Source: Thalassobaculaceae bacterium (lineage in GTDB: Bacteria > Pseudomonadota > Alphaproteobacteria > Thalassobaculales > Thalassobaculaceae). Taken from it: DNA of 64,000 nt. The stretch covers positions 4,570,616 to 4,634,615 of the forward strand of contig OZ245843.1 of the NCBI GenBank assembly GCA_965228875.1, written 5' to 3'. Below, one piece after another: positions 1 to 8,852 of this stretch. How positions within the stretch are numbered: the stretch's first letter is position 1; each line of letters opens with the position of its first letter. Below the pieces are notes generated by a model. The model did not search any database. It saw only the letters and a list, made by a program, of their open reading frames with translations, and had not been told where the DNA came from. The position numbers were made by a program, and so were the translations under genes.

Positions 1-1364
1 AACAGCGACTCCTGGAACAGCATCGCCTCGTTGGTCGGGCGGGCGTTCGCGGTCAACTCGGCATAGTTCACCCGGGCACCGTTGAGGGCGATGGCGATGG
101 CGATCGAGATGTAGATCGAACTGCCGAAGTTCCGCACCAGATGGAAGATGGCCGTCGCCTCGGCGGTCTTCTCCCGCGGCAGAGTGTTGAAGGTGACGAT
201 CGTCAGTGGCACCCAGACCAGACCGACGCCGAGCCCCTGCAGCGCGCTGGTCCAGAGCACGTCGAAGGTGGTCAGGTTGATGCTGAATTGCGACATGTAC
301 CAGCCGGCCACGCCCTGGAGCCCGAATCCCAGGATCAGCAGCGGTCGCGGGTCGAGCTTGTTGCCCCAGAACATGAAGAAGAACCCGAGCAGCGTGCCGA
401 CGCCGCGCGCGCCGAGGATCAGGCCGATGATCGAATCCGGATAGCCCCGCACCCCCTGAAGCAGGGCCGGCAGCAGGGTCATGGGCGTGAAGTTCAGCAT
501 GCCGAAGACGAACACCAGCACCAGGCCGATGGCGTAGTTGCGGTCGAGCAGCAGCTTGGGGTCGAGGAATGGCCGGTCGGCGGTCAGCGAGTGGGCGATG
601 AACAGGTACAGCGCCAGGGCGGCCACCGCCGCGCAGAGCAGGATCGTCGTGCTGTCGAACCAGTCGAGCCGCTGGCCCTGATCCAGCATGAACTGGAAGG
701 TGGCGATGAAGACGGCGAGCGTCAGGAAGCCGGTCCAGTCGAGATAGTTGGACGCCGCCTTGGAGCGGTCCTGGATGTAGAACAGCACCCCGGTGAGCGC
801 CGCGAGGCCGCAGGGCACGATCATGAAGAACACCCAGCGCCAGTTGTAGACCTCCGACAGGTAGCCGCCGACCGTCGGCGCCAGAACCGGGCCGAGCACC
901 ACGCCCATGCCGAACACCGCCATGGCGGAGCCCTGCTGATGCTTGGGGTAGCTGTCCATGACGATGGCCTGGCTGAGCGGCACCAGCGGGGCGCCGAACG
1001 CGCCCTGGAAAATGCGGGCGACCACCAGCAGCTCGAGGGACGGCGCCATGCCGCAGGCCAGCGAGGCCAGCGTGAAGCCGCTCACGCCCCAGATCAGGAT
1101 CGTGCGCCGGGAGAACCGGGCGGCCAGCCATCCGGTCATCGGCGTGGCGACGGCCGTGGCGATGATGTTGAAGGTCACCACAAGCGCGATCTGGTCGGTC
1201 GTCGCCGACAGCGCGCCCTGCATCTGCGGCAGCGACACGTTGGCGATGGTGACCGTCATCGCGTACAGCGCGGTCACCATGGTCAGCGTGGTCAGGATCA
1301 GGGCGCGGGTCAGAGCGTCCGGGCGGGCGTCTTCCGCGGGGTCGGCGATCGGTTCGGCGGTCAT
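1..1364 (-). CDS. DHA2-family (EmrB/QacA-like) MFS efflux permease, 3' end outside the window
   Basis: Not in the ORF track because it is open-ended. Manual translation from ATG 1364 gives MTAEPIADPAEDARPDALTRALILTTLTMVTALYAMTVTIANVSLPQMQGALSATTDQIALVVTFNIIATAVATPMTGWLAARFSRR, a typical DHA2 N-terminus, followed by hydrophobic helices. Confidence 0.9.
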   Translation of the reverse strand, partial: MTAEPIADPAEDARPDALTRALILTTLTMVTALYAMTVTIANVSLPQMQGALSATTDQIALVVTFNIIATAVATPMTGWLAARFSRRTILIWGVSGFTLASLACGMAPSLELLVVARIFQGAFGAPLVPLSQAIVMDSYPKHQQGSAMAVFGMGVVLGPVLAPTVGGYLSEVYNWRWVFFMIVPCGLAALTGVLFYIQDRSKAASNYLDWTGFLTLAVFIATFQFMLDQGQRLDWFDSTTILLCAAVAALALYLFIAHSLTADRPFLDPKLLLDRNYAIGLVLVFVFGMLNFTPMTLLPALLQGVRGYPDSIIGLILGARGVGTLLGFFFMFWGNKLDPRPLLILGFGLQGVAGWYMSQFSINLTTFDVLWTSALQGLGVGLVWVPLTIVTFNTLPREKTAEATAIFHLVRNFGSSIYISIAIAIALNGARVNYAELTANARPTNEAMLFQESL

Positions 1365-1466
1365 GGGGCCAGCTTATCGACTGACGCCGGCGATAACGAG
1401 AGGGCTGACGCGGCCGGGCGTGCGGCGCTAATCTCTGGGGCCAACCGATTTCCGGAGATCCTCGAC

Positions 1467-2582
1467 ATGGCCGACGCCGACCCCGCGCAGAGTGTTGCGA
1501 AACCCCACATCCGCGCGATGCCCGGCGGCGGCTTTCCGCCGACCCAGCGGGACTCGAAGTCGGGCATCGATCCGGCCGCGATCCGGCGGATGAACCTGAA
1601 CGAGTCGCCGTTCCCGCCGTCGCCGGTGGCCATCGCGGCGATGCAGGAGGCGGTGACGCGGGTGAACTACTACCCGGATCCCCAGTGGCGCGACCTGACG
1701 GCGGCGCTCGCGGCGCAGACCGGCCATCCGCAGGCGCGGATCGTCGTCGGCCACGGCTCCGACGAACTGATCGTCGCCGCCGGTCGCATCGCGCTGGCTC
1801 CGGGCGACGAGGTGGTGGTGCCGACCCCGTCCTTCCCGGGATACTCCAAATGCGCGGCGGTGAACGGCGCCACACTGGTTCCCGTCCGGGTGCGCCAGGA
1901 CGGGGCGGCGGACACCGACGGCATGCTGGCGGCGGTCACGCCGAAGACCCGTATCGTGTTCCTGGCGACGCCGAACAATCCGACGGGGGCGATGCTCACG
2001 ACCGAGGAGGTTTCGGCCTTCGCGCGCGCCCTGCCGGCGACGACCCTGCTGGTGCTGGACGAGGCGTATTACGAGTACGGCCGCCACGCCGGCGGCGGCG
2101 ATCATCTGGCGGCGCTAGCCGATATCGCGGCTCCTTGGGTGTCGTTCCGGACCTTCTCCAAGGCCTATGGACTGGCCGGCATGCGGGTCGGGTATGCGCT
2201 GTGCGGTTCCGACGAGGTCGCGGAGTGGTTCCAGAAGGTGCGCAGCGTGTTCAACGTGAACGCCGTCGCCCAGGCCGGGGCGCTGGCCGCCCTGTCGGAT
2301 CGCGACCACATGCTCTCCATCGTCGAGCGCACCCGCATCGAGCGCGAGAAGTTGGAGGCCGGCCTGTCGCGGCTCGGCTGCGAGGCGTTCCCGAGCGTGG
2401 GCAACTATCTCGCCGCCCGCACGCCGAAACCGGCCGCCGACGTGGTCGCCGCGCTGGAGGCCGAAGGGATCATGATCGGCCGGCTGATGGCGCCGGGCTT
2501 CGAGGACTACATCCGCATCACCACCGGCCGGGCCGAGGACACCGACGCCCTGCTGGCGGCGCTTGAGGGCATCCTCGGTTAG
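1467..2582 (+). CDS. Histidinol-phosphate aminotransferase-like PLP enzyme (class I/II)
   Basis: C-terminal part of ORF 141..2582. Motifs NLNESPFPPSP, YPDP, GHGSDE, PNNPTG, LDEAYYEY and RTFSKAYGLAGMRVGY (PLP lysine). Start at ATG 1467 is inferred; may be a hisC paralogue. Confidence 0.85.
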   Translation: MADADPAQSVAKPHIRAMPGGGFPPTQRDSKSGIDPAAIRRMNLNESPFPPSPVAIAAMQEAVTRVNYYPDPQWRDLTAALAAQTGHPQARIVVGHGSDELIVAAGRIALAPGDEVVVPTPSFPGYSKCAAVNGATLVPVRVRQDGAADTDGMLAAVTPKTRIVFLATPNNPTGAMLTTEEVSAFARALPATTLLVLDEAYYEYGRHAGGGDHLAALADIAAPWVSFRTFSKAYGLAGMRVGYALCGSDEVAEWFQKVRSVFNVNAVAQAGALAALSDRDHMLSIVERTRIEREKLEAGLSRLGCEAFPSVGNYLAARTPKPAADVVAALEAEGIMIGRLMAPGFEDYIRITTGRAEDTDALLAALEGILG

Positions 2583-2643
2583 CGGCGAGAACGCGCCACG
2601 GTCGGACGGAGACGTCCGATCGGGTGAGGCTGCTCCATCTTCA

Positions 2644-2673
2644 ATGGCTGAGAGGTCGATGGCTGAGAGGTCG
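2644..2673. repeat. 15-bp direct tandem repeat (ATGGCTGAGAGGTCG x2) between convergent genes
   Basis: Read directly from the sequence. Confidence 0.9.
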
Positions 2674-2708
2674 GTCCGCGGATCGAGTCGATCTGAACCG
2701 GTCGCGCG

Positions 2709-3314
2709 CTATCCGTGGCTCCAGTTCCCGGGGTCGTCGCTGTCGCCGGGGGACAGGCCGAGGATGTCCCCCTCGGTGCTCACGCCCAGGCCGAGCACGG
2801 TGCGGTTGGCGTAGCTGAAATAGGCCGTGACCTGGTTGATCTCCAGGATCTCGCCGTCGTCCCAGCCGTGCTCGCGCAGGGCGTCCACCGCCGCCGCCGT
2901 CATCGATGCCGGATCCGTGGTGAGCGCCGTGGCGTAGGCCAGGGCCGCCGCGTGCCTGTCGTCGAACGTCTCGCCCGGCGTGCCGGCCTCGAGCGCGTGA
3001 CGGATGGCGTTGGCGCGACCGTCGTCACCGAGCAGCCGGCGCAGCCCCTGGAAATGATGCTCGACGCAGTACGAGCAGCCGTTCAGCAGGCTCACCAGCA
3101 CGCCGATCGTCTCCAGGAAATGCTTCGGCACGGTGTTGGCGGAATGGTGCAGCACGTACTTGTAGAGGTGCATGTGCCCCTCCATCGAGTGCGGCCGCAA
3201 CGAGTGCGCCATCATGATGTTGTCGACGTTGTCCCCCGGACCCTTGACCCGGTCGTACAGGGTCTTCAGGCGGCCGGTGGCCTCGCCGTAGGGCACGGTC
3301 TTGATCCAGGTCAT
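2709..3314 (-). CDS. AhpD-like peroxidase-related / carboxymuconolactone decarboxylase family protein
   Basis: VSLLNGCSYCVEHH (CxxC-xx-H) and EINQVTAYFSYANR motifs. Confidence 0.85.
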   Translation of the reverse strand: MTWIKTVPYGEATGRLKTLYDRVKGPGDNVDNIMMAHSLRPHSMEGHMHLYKYVLHHSANTVPKHFLETIGVLVSLLNGCSYCVEHHFQGLRRLLGDDGRANAIRHALEAGTPGETFDDRHAAALAYATALTTDPASMTAAAVDALREHGWDDGEILEINQVTAYFSYANRTVLGLGVSTEGDILGLSPGDSDDPGNWSHG

Positions 3315-3458
3315 CCTCGCCTCCTGTATCTACGAGCCCTACTGTAACCGCCACCTAACCTCGGGGAAATGAGGGCGCAGCCCCCGATGATGCCATTCGC
3401 GAGACCGACGCCAGAAAACGAAATCGCCTGGCAATGCCCTCACATAGAGTACGAGGCC

Positions 3459-3953
3459 CTACCGGTTCGCAAGATCTCGGAGCCTCTGTTCGGTGATCTG
3501 CCTGTATCGACCGCAGGTATCTAAGTCGCTGCGCACGACTGGATCAGAGGTGCTGTCACCTGTGAGCGCCTTGGCTCGTGACATGATCGTTTGGTATTCG
3601 GGGACGAGAATCTTGAGCTGTGCACGGAACAGTCCGGTCATTTGTTCTTCTGTGAGATCAAGCGATCCTTCTTGGAGGACGCGCCATGTCAGAAACACCA
3701 CAACCGCTTGACGCTCATAGAACAGGCCGAGTTCCTGCTTCTCGACATCAGATTGGGAACCGAACCAGTAGCCGATCACGGTGAACAACGCTGAGCACCG
3801 CTCAAGCATGGTACTCGTAATGGCAACTGAGTTCTCGGCGGCAAGTATTTCCGATAGCGGCTTCATCTGAACGTCCGCTCGGGCTGTTGTGAATGGATTT
3901 GTCGACAGGACGAGAAACGAGAGCCCGACTACAAGGCGGATGGCGGCAATCAC
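3459..3953 (-). CDS. Hypothetical exported protein (lower-GC islet)
   Basis: GTG start after AGGA; hydrophobic N-terminus ending TTARA (signal-peptide-like); two Cys; atypical composition. Confidence 0.6.
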   Translation of the reverse strand: MIAAIRLVVGLSFLVLSTNPFTTARADVQMKPLSEILAAENSVAITSTMLERCSALFTVIGYWFGSQSDVEKQELGLFYERQAVVVFLTWRVLQEGSLDLTEEQMTGLFRAQLKILVPEYQTIMSRAKALTGDSTSDPVVRSDLDTCGRYRQITEQRLRDLANR

Positions 3954-4020
3954 TCTCGCTTCCTTTTAATAAAGAAAAGTTGTATATATTAATAGCTAAT
4001 TTCACTCAAGGGTGAACGCC

Positions 4021-4554
4021 ATGATCGACGACGAACACGTGCCGGTCGAGATGGAGTGGACCGAGCTTGATCTCGAACCGGAAGTGCCAGAGGTCATCTT
4101 TACGCTGATTGGGCGGGTCGCTGTAGCTTGGACAACAATCGAGGACGAGTTGCTGTGGCAAGCCTGCGTCGAGGCGGGTGTAGATTCAGAAGATGAACTC
4201 AGAGAGAAGTCCCCAAAGGGGTTCTCTCCAAGGACGGAACAGCGGGTAGATGAGTTCGTCCGCCTACGGAAGGAGAGGATTGGCGAAGCAGATGGTCCAA
4301 GGCTCGGCGAATTCCGAGAGGCAATGGTCAGCACGGCAACTGAACGTGCGCGGCTCATGCATGGTCGCTTCCAAGGTGAAGACGGGGTGTTGGTAGTCAT
4401 TCACAAGCGGCCCAAGAAGGGGTCCTCAACAACCCGCGACGAGGTCTCCGAGGCTTCGCTGAGAGCCCTCCTGGACCGCATCCTGTCGTTGAGGGAGGAG
4501 TTCGACGTGATTGCCGGTCAACACAGGCGGCCGAACGCTCATGTGGCAGACTGA
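4021..4554 (+). CDS. Hypothetical protein with HEPN-like signature (lower-GC islet)
   Basis: Helical pattern IGRVAVAWTTIE ... ERARLMHG (R-x4-H). Start is 4012 (GTG) or 4021 (ATG). Confidence 0.6.
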   Translation: MIDDEHVPVEMEWTELDLEPEVPEVIFTLIGRVAVAWTTIEDELLWQACVEAGVDSEDELREKSPKGFSPRTEQRVDEFVRLRKERIGEADGPRLGEFREAMVSTATERARLMHGRFQGEDGVLVVIHKRPKKGSSTTRDEVSEASLRALLDRILSLREEFDVIAGQHRRPNAHVAD

Positions 4555-4575
4555 TCCTTCGCGCGTGCTTTGACC

Positions 4576-5655
4576 TCATATAGCCGAGCGGTTGGCGTTC
4601 CCCGCCCGCCACGCCGCCAGCACCGCGCCCAGCACCGCCTGCCAGCGGTGGGCGAGGACCGAGGGCATGTAGGTGTCGCGGATGTAGACCTGGGCGCGGG
4701 CGAGATCGGCCATCGCCCGCTTCGGATTGGCGGTCAGGTGCGTGATGCCGTCAACGATGTCGCCGTGCAGCACGCCGAACCGGGCGAAATCCGGGTAGCT
4801 CTCGAGATCCTCGGACACCGCAAGCCGGCCCTGCCACAGCGCCTGCATCAGCTTCAGCGGCGACCGGCCGGAGAAATCGATGCGGGTGTCGAACGGGATC
4901 AGCGCGATGTCGGTGCGCTCCATCTCCGCATCGAACCCCTCGATCGACCAGTGCACCCCTTCGATCGCGAGCCGGCCGTCGCCGGCGGCGAGCACTCGGG
5001 CCATCTCCTGGCGGATCTCGTAGATGTCGGACATGATCGTTAGGGCCACAGGCCGATGGGCGCGGGCGTAGGCGCGTAGCCGGTCGAGCCGGCGCTCGAC
5101 GACGCCGACCTTGTGCTGCCAGCCGTACCAAAACAGCCGCAGCGGTCCGTCGGCCGCGGGGCCGCGGATCTTGCGCGGCGGACCCTCCACTGCGTCGTGC
5201 ACCAGGTGAATCGGGCGGTCGGTCAGCGGGCCGAGCCTGTCGGCGAGCCAGCGGGTGGGCACGGTGATCGCCGCCGCCCTGCGGGCGTTCCGCCAGGTAC
5301 CGGCGAGCAGTCCCTCGTATCGGCTGACATCGTCGCAGACATCGGCCACGACGCATTTCCCGGCGGCGAGCAGGGCGTCGACCAGCGCGGTGTGATCCGT
5401 CAGGGTCTGCAGGACCACGAACAGCTCGATCCCGTCGAGCGAGCCATCGCTCAACCTTTCCGGCACGGTCTCGTCGACGATCAGGTGCACCCTCGTGCCG
5501 TAGCGGCCGAGCCACTGGGCGAGTTCGGTGCACCGCACGCGGATGCTGACGCTGCGCCAGGTCGGATGTTCGGGCGTCCCATGGTCCGGTCGCGGGAGAA
5601 TGAAGGCGACGCTGGTCGGTTTTGGCGTGGTGCGGTCGGTCATGCGGTCGGTCAT
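4576..5655 (-). CDS. Putative GT-B fold glycosyltransferase
   Basis: DVCDD, ITVPTRWLA, LFWYG, DIALIP ... RSPLKLMQALWQG pattern resembles GT4-like proteins. Start uncertain because of a 12-bp repeat (MTDR MTDR). Confidence 0.55.
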   Translation of the reverse strand: MTDRMTDRTTPKPTSVAFILPRPDHGTPEHPTWRSVSIRVRCTELAQWLGRYGTRVHLIVDETVPERLSDGSLDGIELFVVLQTLTDHTALVDALLAAGKCVVADVCDDVSRYEGLLAGTWRNARRAAAITVPTRWLADRLGPLTDRPIHLVHDAVEGPPRKIRGPAADGPLRLFWYGWQHKVGVVERRLDRLRAYARAHRPVALTIMSDIYEIRQEMARVLAAGDGRLAIEGVHWSIEGFDAEMERTDIALIPFDTRIDFSGRSPLKLMQALWQGRLAVSEDLESYPDFARFGVLHGDIVDGITHLTANPKRAMADLARAQVYIRDTYMPSVLAHRWQAVLGAVLAAWRAGNANRSAI

Positions 5656-5703
5656 GCGGTCGGTCGTGCGTTCCGGGGCGGCTTGGGGCGGTGGGGCGCG
5701 CGG

Positions 5704-6516
5704 TCAGCCCCGGATCGAGGTCAGGCCGCCATCGACCGGCATCATCAGGCCGGTGACGTAGCCCGCCTCGTCGGACGCGAGAAACAGGGCGGCATTGGCC
5801 ACGTCCCAGGCGGTGCCCATCCGGCCGAGCAGCGGGACGCGGATGTTGCGCTCGCGGCGGACGGTCTCGCGGTCGACGTTGCGCTCGCGGGCCCGTCGCT
5901 CGATCGCCATCGGCGTGTCCATGAGGCCCGGCAGGATGGCGTTGGCGCGGATGCCGAACTCGGCGTTCTCGACGGCCAGGTGGTGGGTGAGCGTGTTCAC
6001 CGCCCCCTTGCTGGTCTTGTAGGCGACGCCGCTGCGCGCGCCGGGATCGGCGCGGCCGCTGATCGAGGACGTGGAGGACACGTTGAGGATCACGCCGCTC
6101 CGCTGCTCGCGCATGACCGGCAGCACGTGCTTGCAGGTCATGACCATGCCCTTGAGGTTCAACTCGAACAGCCGGTCCCAGATCTCCAGGTCGATCTCGG
6201 TCGTCGGCCGGTCGCCTTCGGAGCGCCCGACGTTGTTGTGCAGGATGTCGATCCGCCCATAGCGTTCCGTAGCGGTCTCGGCGATCACCCGGCAGTCGTC
6301 CTCGCGGGTGACATCGGCGCCGAGGATCGAAGCCTCTCCACCCTTGTCGTTGATCATCCAGGCGGTCTCCCCGGCCGACGCCGCGTCGCGGTCGACGACC
6401 AGAACCCGGGCTCCCTCCTCGGCGAACCGCAGGGCGACGGCCCTGCCGTTGCCGATCGTCTCGCCCGGCTGCTGACCGCCGCCGACGACGATTGCCACCT
6501 TGTCCTTGAGCCGCAT
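5704..6516 (-). CDS. Short-chain dehydrogenase/reductase (SDR)
   Basis: GGGQQPGETIGNG glycine-rich loop, HNNVG, YKTSK (YxxxK), NAILPG, VDGG. Confidence 0.92.
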   Translation of the reverse strand: MRLKDKVAIVVGGGQQPGETIGNGRAVALRFAEEGARVLVVDRDAASAGETAWMINDKGGEASILGADVTREDDCRVIAETATERYGRIDILHNNVGRSEGDRPTTEIDLEIWDRLFELNLKGMVMTCKHVLPVMREQRSGVILNVSSTSSISGRADPGARSGVAYKTSKGAVNTLTHHLAVENAEFGIRANAILPGLMDTPMAIERRARERNVDRETVRRERNIRVPLLGRMGTAWDVANAALFLASDEAGYVTGLMMPVDGGLTSIRG

Positions 6517-6625
6517 GCGCGCGTCCTCCCGTGGTCTCTGTTTTCCGATCGCGCTCCAAGCCGTTGGAGTTAGGGCAAAGTCACGCGATCACCTGTCTCC
6601 TGTCTCCATCCGAGCGCGATTTGTC

Positions 6626-7981
6626 CTATGCCGGCCGGCGCGCGAGGAGCACGAAGTCCCCCTCGGCCTCGGTCCAGGCCGGGAAGCCGGTGATCGGGTC
6701 GCGCAGCGTCATGTCGAAGGCCGGATCGACGATTCTGGCCGGACCGCGGCGGACCAGCACGGTCTCCAGGCCGGCCGCCTCTGTCCGCCTGGCGAGGGTC
6801 TCGGGCGTGAGCGCGGTGACGTGGTCGCCGCCCAGCATGGGGTACACCAGCGGACCTTCCGGCTTGCGCAACTCGGTCAGTTCGCCGTTCGGCACGGCGA
6901 TGGCGAGGTGCCCGCCGGGCCTCACCAGGTCGCAGAGCCGGCGCACGTGTCCGTCCATACCGGTCACATGCTCCAGGGTGTGGCTGCTCATCACCAGGTC
7001 GAAGCTGCGGGCCGGCAAGGATTCGTAGTCGGCGACGGAGTCCAGCGCGTGGTCGAGACCGAGGACCTCCCGGGCGTACTGGATACGCGCCAGGTCCAGG
7101 TCCAGACCGTGGACCTCGGCGCCGAACAGCGACAGGTGCTTCAGCATCAGGCCGCGACCGCAGCCGAAGTCGAAGACCCGCGCGCCGGGGCCGACCCCGG
7201 TTTCGGCGACCAGCCAGTGCGGGAACATCCCGCGCCCGAAGATCGCCGTGAAGGTCTGGTCCTTGCCCGGCGCGAAGGTCCGCTCGTCCCCGTCGCCGCG
7301 ATAGAAGGCAGCCACCCTGTCGGGGTCGAACGGGAAGGCGAGTACCGACGTGTGGCAGTTGTCGCAGACCGCCACCGGCAGGCCGAGCCCGGCGCGCTTG
7401 GCGAGGATTGTGCAGAGCTCGTTGACCGCGTGCAGGTCGATTTCCGTGATGTTGGGGTCATCCAGCATCAGCGTCCGGATCGATTGCATGTCGACATACA
7501 GGTTCAGGTGGCCCAACTGCTGGTCGATCAGCACCAGAGGGGCCATCGCCTTGGCCTGCGGCAGAGCTTCGCCGCAGCACGGGCATTTCGGACGCTCGGC
7601 ATTGGCCCGGGCGACGATCTGGCGGCGCATCTCGTTGACGGCCGCGACCTGGGTGTCGCGCGACAGGACGTATTCGGACTGCCCCCCGGTCTCGTCTCCG
7701 GTGCCGTCGCGGCGGTTCCAGACATGCTCGTAGGCGGCGTCGGGGTCGCGCGACCGCAGGGCACGAATCGACTCGATCCCGACCTGCAGGCTGGACAGGA
7801 TCTTCTGCGTCGGCGCTCCGGCCGGCAACTCCGACCGCGCCGCGCGCAGCAGGTCGCAGGCCGCGTCCGGCCCGTCGTTGAGCAGGGTTCGGATGCCAGT
7901 GCCCACGGCCTGGACCACCGGTGGTGGCGCGTTCTGCAGCACTCTCAGAAAGAACGGGTCGGCGCGTTGCGGATCGAACAC
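6626..7981 (-). CDS. Class I SAM-dependent methyltransferase with putative Zn-binding N-terminal region
   Basis: VFDFGCGRG motif I, FDLVMSSHTLEHV, RPGG; CPCCG...CDNC cysteine pairs. GTG 7981 preceded by GAGG chosen as start. Confidence 0.8.
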   Translation of the reverse strand: MFDPQRADPFFLRVLQNAPPPVVQAVGTGIRTLLNDGPDAACDLLRAARSELPAGAPTQKILSSLQVGIESIRALRSRDPDAAYEHVWNRRDGTGDETGGQSEYVLSRDTQVAAVNEMRRQIVARANAERPKCPCCGEALPQAKAMAPLVLIDQQLGHLNLYVDMQSIRTLMLDDPNITEIDLHAVNELCTILAKRAGLGLPVAVCDNCHTSVLAFPFDPDRVAAFYRGDGDERTFAPGKDQTFTAIFGRGMFPHWLVAETGVGPGARVFDFGCGRGLMLKHLSLFGAEVHGLDLDLARIQYAREVLGLDHALDSVADYESLPARSFDLVMSSHTLEHVTGMDGHVRRLCDLVRPGGHLAIAVPNGELTELRKPEGPLVYPMLGGDHVTALTPETLARRTEAAGLETVLVRRGPARIVDPAFDMTLRDPITGFPAWTEAEGDFVLLARRPA

Positions 7982-8095
7982 GGAAGGCCTCTCGCCTGGA
8001 CGGGTGTCTCGGACTTGCGGGCGGATTCTACAGTCTGTCGCCGCCCGCCGCGACACCGGCGGCCACGGCAGCCGCGGTCGCGCCCTGTGTCCCGC

Positions 8096-8650
8096 TCAGT
8101 CCGGCAGCGGAAAGCGCTCAAGCCAGGGAGCGTAGTCCTCCTCCACGTCGATCTCCAGGCTGGCCAGCACGCGGACCACGCCGCAGTAGAAGCCGATTGT
8201 GACGATCAGGTCGACAAGGTCTGCGCGCGGCAGACGCGCCTCCAGGATCGCGTACGTCCGGTCGCCGACGGCGATGTCCGTCACCATCTCGCGGGCGGCG
8301 CGCAGCACCGCGGTCTCCAACTCGGGGAAGCCGCCCGAACCCTCCGCCTCGGTCTCTCGGCTGATGCCGTGGATGTCGCTCTCGCTGACCCCGAACTGCT
8401 CGACGCCCAGGCGGCAGTGGTGGGAATACTCGTAGGGGCTGCGGGTGAGGTAGCCGACCTGGATGATGGCGAGTTCCCGCAACCGCGGATCGAGCGCGCT
8501 GCCATGTCGGATATGGCCGCCGAGCGTGCCGAAGGCCCGGGCCATGCCGGGACTGTTGGCCAGTGCCCGGTGCAGGGTGATGGGCCGTTTCAGCAGGTCC
8601 CGGTCTTCGGGCGCGAGGTCGTCGGACGTCAGATAGGGAACGCGGGCCAT
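8096..8650 (-). CDS. Carboxymuconolactone decarboxylase (CMD) family protein
   Basis: MARVPYL start; LDPRLRELAIIQVG, YEYSHH, DLIVTIGFY. Confidence 0.85.
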   Translation of the reverse strand: MARVPYLTSDDLAPEDRDLLKRPITLHRALANSPGMARAFGTLGGHIRHGSALDPRLRELAIIQVGYLTRSPYEYSHHCRLGVEQFGVSESDIHGISRETEAEGSGGFPELETAVLRAAREMVTDIAVGDRTYAILEARLPRADLVDLIVTIGFYCGVVRVLASLEIDVEEDYAPWLERFPLPD

Positions 8651-8714
8651 GCGGTGGTTCCTCCCGGAGGATTGTGTGCGGCACCTCTTGCGGGCGCCCT
8701 TCACGTTCTTCCGC

Positions 8715-8829
8715 ATTCCCCGTCCCGGACTGGATCCGGGATTATGCCGGGGCCCACGGTTCAGTGTGTCGCGAGCCTCTCACGTAGTCTGCGGACCCCG
8801 GCACATGCCCTGGCACAAGGCCGGGGAAT
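8715..8829. repeat. REP/REPIN-like extragenic palindromic element
   Basis: Ends ATTCCCCG / CGGGGAAT are inverted. Arms ...TTATGCCGGGGCCCAC and GCGGACCCCGGCAC...AAGGCCGGGGAAT are imperfect complements. Related arms occur at 19741-19766 and 51239-51346. Confidence 0.6.
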
Positions 8830-8852
8830 ACACGTTGGCGTGGGGGTGGCGC

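Noticed and set aside
141..1466. N-terminal 440 aa of the 813-aa ORF as a fusion to the aminotransferase
   Set aside because: It is the antisense shadow of the minus-strand MFS gene; the real protein begins near 1467
3350..4560. Calling the islet an IS or prophage remnant
   Set aside because: No terminal inverted repeats, target duplication, transposase or phage gene seen
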